Positions 58,375 through 64,000 of a stretch of 64,000 bases of DNA are shown here, piece by piece. Each line of letters begins with the position of its first letter. Position 1 is the stretch's first letter. Below the pieces are notes generated by a model. It ran no database searches. It had not been told where the DNA came from and saw nothing but the letters and a program-made list of their open reading frames with translations. The DNA lies in the NCBI RefSeq assembly GCF_038871235.1, contig NZ_JAVZIN010000001.1, positions 32,001 through 96,000 of the forward strand. Direction: 5' to 3'. The stretch is from Candidatus Hadarchaeum sp. (lineage in GTDB: Archaea; Hadarchaeota; Hadarchaeia; Hadarchaeales; Hadarchaeaceae). The translations under genes and the position numbers were made by a program.

Positions 58375-59160
58375 TTAATGCGGGCTCTTAAAAGCGATTT
58401 CCAGAAGTTTTCTGTATTTTACATTATAGTTAAAGAACCCAACGGCAAGTATGAGGTAGCCCAGATCCCAGAGAACGTCGATAATGTGGCCGCTCAGGTA
58501 GGAGCTCAATATAAGGGTGTAAAGGACGTCTGCGACCGCTATTAATAACAGAGCAGCTAAAATTGTCACCCACAGCTTGAAAAGCTCTTTTCCCGAAATG
58601 TGGATCATCGTGGTGATGAGGGCGATCAACAAAAAGGCGTCACCAATGATATAGCCTGCGGTGGTTGCCTTCTCCACAGCGGGCATGTCGACCGCTGTGA
58701 GTGTTGGCAACGAAAGGTAAAAAAAGAAGACTAAGATAATCGCTGACAGCATCAGATTGAAAATCAGCCTTTTATAATCGCGCTTTATTTTTGTCGAGTT
58801 CCAAACGAGCAAAATTCCCAGTATAAATAGAGGATAGCCGGCAATCCAAAAAACATCAGCAATGCTGGCCACGGGCGCTTCAACACCGAGAACGATTTTA
58901 TATAAGCTCCAGCTTAATTCCCCAAGAAACCAGAAAAATATCCCCGCCGTCAAGAAAATCATGATTCTGCCTCTGATGTTAGAGAGACCATGCAGTTTGC
59001 AGGAAGCAGCGCCGAAAATTACTGCAAGAAGTGAGAAAAACATAGTGATGATATTGCTTACGAGGGAAAAGTCGTCGCCTAGGGGCTGAAAAATGTGGAG
59101 AAGCAAATCAACCAAAAAGGCAATCGCTAAGCCTACAGTTGTGGGACCAAGCCTTTTCAT
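58375..59160 (-). CDS. Polytopic membrane protein resembling a stand-alone membrane sensor module
   Basis: 7-8 TM segments with W.LGE..W..Y...P..S.AD.FW..GYP pattern. Confidence 0.7.
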   Translation of the reverse strand: MKRLGPTTVGLAIAFLVDLLLHIFQPLGDDFSLVSNIITMFFSLLAVIFGAASCKLHGLSNIRGRIMIFLTAGIFFWFLGELSWSLYKIVLGVEAPVASIADVFWIAGYPLFILGILLVWNSTKIKRDYKRLIFNLMLSAIILVFFFYLSLPTLTAVDMPAVEKATTAGYIIGDAFLLIALITTMIHISGKELFKLWVTILAALLLIAVADVLYTLILSSYLSGHIIDVLWDLGYLILAVGFFNYNVKYRKLLEIAFKSPH

Positions 59161-59242
59161 GTATGTCCTAAATGACTTGTTTTTTCGTTTTAAATGCTGT
59201 TGTGTCAACCAGCTAAATTGCCTTTTTCCCGCGAGCGGGTCC

Positions 59243-60736
59243 TCACATCTGCAACGGGTTTAATCCCTGTTCCATCGCCCTCAGATATGGCTTGAGCCCA
59301 CGCTTGATGAACCCGATGAAAACCTTCTCCAGCATGATTCGATGGACGAACGACCTGAATTCATCCTTAGCTAGCTCGTCAATCCATTTCAGGTCATGTT
59401 TCACACAAGCGGCCAGCAGTTTCCAATGTTCTGGCATCATGTCGTTAACGGTAAATCTCCTCGCTTCACTGAGCACCCCTAGCGGCACGAAAAAGAGGGG
59501 AACGATGAGGGATTTGTACTCCTTTAGTTCCTCCACCAGTTCAATCGTCTTTACAACATCTTCTGGTTTTTCCCCGGGCAACCCCATGATCAGCGTAGAA
59601 CAGGGCACCCAGCAGTTATCGTGCAACAGCTTGTGGGCCTCAATCACCACCTCCGGCCACTGCTCTGGTTTGAATGGTGCCACCTTTCCCCGCATATTTT
59701 TTTCTATGAGACGGGGCGACCCGGTCTCTATGCCAACCTGTCCCGCGATCCATGGTATTTTTCTGCTCGGCACCTCCATGAGCTCCTTCAGCTGCTTTAT
59801 CAGCTCGGGTTTCGCCATAGCCGAGGCGAAGGCAAAGTGAGAGATATAGGCACCCCATCCCGTGACCTTTTTCACCTCTTCAAACAGCTTCAGGACCTTA
59901 GCTTCATCAGGGATGATACTTTTCGCCCCGTATCTCAGCACATCCTCGGCATGCAGGAGGATTCTGTCGAGCCCGGCATCGAGGTTGACCTTCACCTCCT
60001 CCAGAATTTTGTCGATCGGTCTGCATCTGAAATAGCGGAGGGTGGGAACGCAGAACTCACATCCCCTGCCGCAACCTCGGGCGATTTCAACTATCCCATT
60101 TATCGTGGCGTGTTTTATGGATGGGATTTCCTCAACGGGTACCACTTCACCCTCTACAATCCCCGGGAGCGTCTCACCTTTCAATGCCTTTTCAAATACC
60201 TTCACAGCGGTTCTTTCTCCCTCCCCTACAACCACACAATCTATCTCCAATTGTTTTCGCACCGAATCGTCCGCCAGCTGCCACGCCCCAGGGCCACCGA
60301 CTATCGTCTTTAGACCATTGTCCTTAATTATGGGATTGGTGATCAGTTTCCGGAAGAAGATTGCCGAATAGGTCTCCTTACCCATCAGGCTGGAAAAAGT
60401 ACTGGAAGCGGGACCTATTCCTAAGGGGTCGTTCGAGGTAATGCCCAAAACCTTGGTTTCGTTATCGATAACCTTATTCAACTGATCCGGATGCGCCACC
60501 ACCACATCGAAGCCCTTCTCTAATAGGGCGGCCTCGATCTTTCTCGTTCCTCCGGGCGCATATTTCACCACCCCGTTGTGCCGGGGCACGGGGGGACATA
60601 CCACCAACCTGTATAACCAATCTGGCACTATCTTCGGGGCGCAGGCGGCAAAGCCGAGAAACTCTGAACCGCGGTAATCGCTCATCAGGGAATACTCCGC
60701 GGTCAGAACTATCTCGCTCAGAGCAACTACCCCCAT
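59243..60736 (-). CDS. B12-binding-domain radical SAM protein
   Basis: DPLG.GP, VGGPGAWQ, EIARGCGRGCEFC and GIETGS. Confidence 0.9.
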   Translation of the reverse strand: MGVVALSEIVLTAEYSLMSDYRGSEFLGFAACAPKIVPDWLYRLVVCPPVPRHNGVVKYAPGGTRKIEAALLEKGFDVVVAHPDQLNKVIDNETKVLGITSNDPLGIGPASSTFSSLMGKETYSAIFFRKLITNPIIKDNGLKTIVGGPGAWQLADDSVRKQLEIDCVVVGEGERTAVKVFEKALKGETLPGIVEGEVVPVEEIPSIKHATINGIVEIARGCGRGCEFCVPTLRYFRCRPIDKILEEVKVNLDAGLDRILLHAEDVLRYGAKSIIPDEAKVLKLFEEVKKVTGWGAYISHFAFASAMAKPELIKQLKELMEVPSRKIPWIAGQVGIETGSPRLIEKNMRGKVAPFKPEQWPEVVIEAHKLLHDNCWVPCSTLIMGLPGEKPEDVVKTIELVEELKEYKSLIVPLFFVPLGVLSEARRFTVNDMMPEHWKLLAACVKHDLKWIDELAKDEFRSFVHRIMLEKVFIGFIKRGLKPYLRAMEQGLNPLQM

Positions 60737-60772
60737 TTTAACTAGTCGCTAAGATGTTACGTTGCTCTTTTT

Positions 60773-61096
60773 TCACCCTGAAATCTTCTTCAGATAGTAT
60801 AGACGCCGGCGTATCTCACATCCCACTGCCCGGATGAAATCATCAGAATGCAACCTGAAATAGCGATAGGCTAACCGCCCTTCCTTTGTCACTGAGATTT
60901 CTCTCTGAACTAGTTTCAAATTAACCAGCTTCTTCAGGTGCTCTTTAACGGCCCGCTCCGATCTTTTCGTGCCAGCGACAATTTCCGCCACTGAGAGTTT
61001 TTTCTCAGTTCGCGCCAAGAGGTCCAAAATTCTCCTTCCTGTGGACTTTATCCCTAATATCTTTGCCGCTTCATGAATCATGCCTTTGTCATTCAT
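60773..61096 (-). CDS. Winged-helix (TrmB/ArsR-like) transcriptional regulator
   Basis: RILDLL...LSVAEIV...SERAVKEHLKKL...GRLAYRY. Confidence 0.85.
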   Translation of the reverse strand: MNDKGMIHEAAKILGIKSTGRRILDLLARTEKKLSVAEIVAGTKRSERAVKEHLKKLVNLKLVQREISVTKEGRLAYRYFRLHSDDFIRAVGCEIRRRLYYLKKISG

Positions 61097-61128
61097 AACC
61101 TTACCCAATATGATGATAAAAAAAGTCA

Positions 61129-61150
61129 CTTATAAATGCACACGTGTGCA
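61129..61150 (-). promoter_or_regulatory. Palindrome TGCACACGTGTGCA immediately upstream of the TATA box TTTATAAG of the regulator gene
   Basis: Palindrome 61137-61150; TATA 61129-61136 on the minus strand, about 33 nt before ATG 61096. Confidence 0.65.
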
Positions 61151-61229
61151 AAAATATCTGCATCAGAAATTATCGGGGTAAAAGTTTTAGGTTCCGCAAC
61201 ACGATTTTATAACAAACTTTGGTGAGCTG

Positions 61230-62249
61230 ATGAGGGCAGCGGTGATCACAAAGATTGCTCCTGTCGAAGAAAATCCACTGGAACTAGTCGACCTGATCGA
61301 CCCCGTTCCCGCTGGCAATCAGATTCTGATCAAGATATCCGCTTGTGGAATCTGCCACACCGAACTGGACGAAATCGAGGGCAGAGTGCCACCGACAAGA
61401 TTTCCCATGGTGCCTGGACACGAGATAGTTGGTCGGGTGGAAAAACTTGGCCCCCAAGCTTCCAAATTTAAGGTGGGTGACCGGGTAGGGGTGGCTTGGA
61501 TCAACTGGGCCTGCGGCAGATGTCACTTCTGCCTCGTCGGTGCGGAAAATCTATGCGCCGAGGCTAGATGGACGGGTAAGGATGAAGATGGAGGTTATGC
61601 CCAGTACACGGTCGTCTCCGAGGATTTCGCTTACCCAATACCAGAGCTATTTACCGACTTCCAAGCCGCACCACTGCTCTGCGCAGGTGTAATCGGTTAC
61701 CGGGCCCTGAGGCTGTCAGGGATGGCGGATGGAAAGGTTCTCGGCCTTTATGGGTTCGGTGCCTCGGCCCACATCGTCATTCAGGTGGTCAAACACCTTC
61801 AACCTAACTCAAGGGTCTTCGTCTTCACCAGAGTGGGACAAACGGAACATCAGGAACTGGCCCGGAAGCTAGGAGCCGATTGGGTTGGAGCCACTGGGGA
61901 TACCCCTCCGGCCAAACTTGACTGCGCCATTGATTTTACTCCTGTGGGCGAACCAGTTCGGGAAGCGTTAAGAAACCTTCAGAAGGGAGGCAGAGTCGTG
62001 GTCAATGCGATCAGAAAAATAACCACCATCCCTGAGCTAAACTATGCCGAGCATCTCTGGTGGGAGAAAGAGCTGAAAAGCGTCGCCAATGTGACTCGGA
62101 GAGACGTGCGGGAGTTTTTACCCTTAGCGGCCGAAATACCGATAAAACCGCAGATCAAATTGTTTAAGCTGGAAGAAGCAAACGACGCTTTGATTCTACT
62201 CAAGCAGGGAAAAATTAGCGGCGCCGGGGTACTAAATATAAACGGATAA
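61230..62249 (+). CDS. Zinc-dependent alcohol dehydrogenase
   Basis: GICHTE, PGHE, structural CxxCxxC-x7-C, PLLCAG and GFGASA. Confidence 0.93.
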   Translation: MRAAVITKIAPVEENPLELVDLIDPVPAGNQILIKISACGICHTELDEIEGRVPPTRFPMVPGHEIVGRVEKLGPQASKFKVGDRVGVAWINWACGRCHFCLVGAENLCAEARWTGKDEDGGYAQYTVVSEDFAYPIPELFTDFQAAPLLCAGVIGYRALRLSGMADGKVLGLYGFGASAHIVIQVVKHLQPNSRVFVFTRVGQTEHQELARKLGADWVGATGDTPPAKLDCAIDFTPVGEPVREALRNLQKGGRVVVNAIRKITTIPELNYAEHLWWEKELKSVANVTRRDVREFLPLAAEIPIKPQIKLFKLEEANDALILLKQGKISGAGVLNING

Positions 62250-62342
62250 TTTTATTTACCCTCTTTAAGCGTGGTGGTGACGAAATCCAAAAATATATTA
62301 TGATTCATAAATTGTTCCTGAGATACTAGTAATGAGAGCCAG

Positions 62343-63326
62343 ATGATAGAAACTATACTCAAATGCATGCTTGGTGCCAGATGGAAAACTGCCATCTTCA
62401 GTGTTACCTCCGCTTGCAACTGCCGGTGCTCGATGTGCAACATACCAAACCTGCCTCCTAAAAATCTTCCCATCGACGCTGCCTTTGAACTCCTGCGCCA
62501 GTGTGTGGAAAATAAAGTGGCCTTTCTTTCCCTCACCGGAGGTGAGCCTTTTCTCCACCCCCATCTTCCTGCGTTGGTAAAGAGGGCCCATGATTTGGGT
62601 ATCTTCGTACACATAGCGACAAACGGAACCTTGCCCGACAGAGTCGACGAAGTAAAGGGCCACGTGGATGCGATCGGTTTTAGCATCGACAGCCATGTGA
62701 GTTCAGAACATGACCAAAACAGGGGGCACGCTGGTGCTTTTGAAAAATGCTTGAAAAGCGTGGGAAATTGTAAAAAGTTAGGAATAAGATCTTTTGCCAA
62801 CACCCCACCCAACCGATACATAATCGAAAAAATAGAAGAATATGTCAGGTTTGTAAACGACGAAGTTGGCATTCCCGTTGGTTTCTGCTATCCCGAAACG
62901 AATGGCGGGGAATATTTTTCGAAGTGCAACAGCATCATCAGTGGCCTGAGAAATGAGCAGATAGCAGATTTCTTCAGCGCCGCGCTCAGGCTGAAAAAAA
63001 TGGGTTACGATATCATCAACACTGATATTTTTTTGCACGAGGCGATAGCATACGCAAAGGGTAATTTCAGTGACACGAGCCGTTGTGGCAGCGGGCGCGT
63101 CGTTTATTGGATTGATTGGTCCGGAAAAGTTCACCCTTGTTTTAAAAAGAGGACGGTGTTGAACAGGAACAAGAGCTGGGAAAAATACAACCCATTTGGT
63201 TGTAATGATTGTTTCGTTCAATGTTTCAGGGAACCGTCTTCATTTGTTTACCATCTACCCTTCTCGCTCAATGACCTGAAAACTTGGAAACGTTTTCTTG
63301 TGAAAAAACCAAGTGGCTCAAAGTAA
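62343..63326 (+). CDS. Radical SAM protein with SPASM/twitch-like C-terminus
   Basis: CNCRCSMC, TGGEP, TNG and C...G.VHPC...CxxC. Confidence 0.85.
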   Translation: MIETILKCMLGARWKTAIFSVTSACNCRCSMCNIPNLPPKNLPIDAAFELLRQCVENKVAFLSLTGGEPFLHPHLPALVKRAHDLGIFVHIATNGTLPDRVDEVKGHVDAIGFSIDSHVSSEHDQNRGHAGAFEKCLKSVGNCKKLGIRSFANTPPNRYIIEKIEEYVRFVNDEVGIPVGFCYPETNGGEYFSKCNSIISGLRNEQIADFFSAALRLKKMGYDIINTDIFLHEAIAYAKGNFSDTSRCGSGRVVYWIDWSGKVHPCFKKRTVLNRNKSWEKYNPFGCNDCFVQCFREPSSFVYHLPFSLNDLKTWKRFLVKKPSGSK

Positions 63327-63474
63327 AAACCTCATTTTTACAAACGGGAAGTCCAGAGTTTAATTTGAGGAAGCTAATGAGGGATAAAAAGTTTATTTTC
63401 CACACGCACCAAGAAGTATATTTGTACCTCAAAACTTTTTTGATTTTAAAACTACTTAACAGTTTCAGCCAAGT

Positions 63475-63954
63475 TTACCCTCCCGGAGTTCCATGATAAG
63501 GAACGTCTCTCCAGAGGGCACTCCACCAGTCCTCCTCAGTTACCGTTTCACCTCGAATGAGAATCTCCAACACCTTTTTTAGCAATTCGTGATGTCTCTT
63601 CTCGTCCGAAAGTATCGCATCTAAAAGGAGTTTAACCTTCTCATTTTCGATGCTTGGCATCACTTCGCTGATCTTTTGAATCAGTTCTGCCTCAAGGCGG
63701 ATGTGTTTTTTCACGAGTTCCTTTTGTTTGTCGAGATGCTCCTGTGTAAGGGCGCGGGTAATGCCAGTTAATAACTTAATGGCCGCATCGTACATTTCCG
63801 CGTGCTTTTTCGAATCCAAGGAGATGCCTTTAAGAGCTCCCTTCACGGCGGGATTTCCAATTTCAACCAATGCGCGGTTCAACGAGCGAGTGATCTCTTT
63901 TTCGATCTTAATTTGTTCCTCAATGAAATTTACTAAGGCTTCCTTTGATTTCAA
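63475..63954 (-). CDS. Ferritin-like (rubrerythrin-type) four-helix protein
   Basis: Paired E...DSKKH and E...DEKRHH metal-ligand motifs. Confidence 0.8.
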   Translation of the reverse strand: MKSKEALVNFIEEQIKIEKEITRSLNRALVEIGNPAVKGALKGISLDSKKHAEMYDAAIKLLTGITRALTQEHLDKQKELVKKHIRLEAELIQKISEVMPSIENEKVKLLLDAILSDEKRHHELLKKVLEILIRGETVTEEDWWSALWRDVPYHGTPGG

Positions 63955-64000
63955 GGATTTCCCATATTTATTGTAAATTCGTTTGATAAATATTTTGCAG

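Noticed and set aside
194-63976. Numerous 60-230 aa antisense or alternate-frame ORFs in the track (for example 555-1217, 40983-41579, 45027-45698, 59621-60313, and those over the tRNA/5S genes)
   Set aside because: They overlap well-supported genes or RNAs and show no family motifs, so they are treated as shadow ORFs.

Overview
Gene-dense archaeal chromosome segment from a probably anaerobic, thermophilic lineage (BpsA, flavodiiron protein, archaeal RpoD, Hel308, Elp3, deoxyhypusine synthase, C1-G72 tRNA-Tyr). The lineage cannot be fixed from this window; an uncultured group such as Hadarchaeota is only a guess. Most genes are housekeeping or metabolic: GlyRS, split MetE, the modified mevalonate pathway interrupted by grpE-dnaK-dnaJ, speD-bpsA, folP-cofE, PEPCK and nadX-nadA-nadC. 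The most striking signals are not in the ORF track. (1) An RNA cluster at 50.2-51.8 kb holds tRNA-Tyr with three introns (37/38, 43/44, 59/60), a free-standing 5S rRNA, tRNA-Asp with a clean BHB intron inside the acceptor stem (68/69) plus a trailer complementary to its 5' end, and tRNA-Leu with a D-loop intron (21/22). (2) A P-type H+-ATPase gene is bracketed by a 12-bp duplication of the tRNA-Leu 3' end. (3) An identical 14-bp palindrome lies upstream of grpE-dnaK-dnaJ and next to the TATA box of a wHTH regulator 42 kb away. (4) A large beta-helix surface-protein gene has its signal peptide out of frame at a T8 tract and appears to start at ACG. (5) A membrane-anchored transglutaminase-like enzyme carries pseudomurein-binding-like repeats. 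I saw no CRISPR array, integrase or transposase. All calls are by eye, without database searches.
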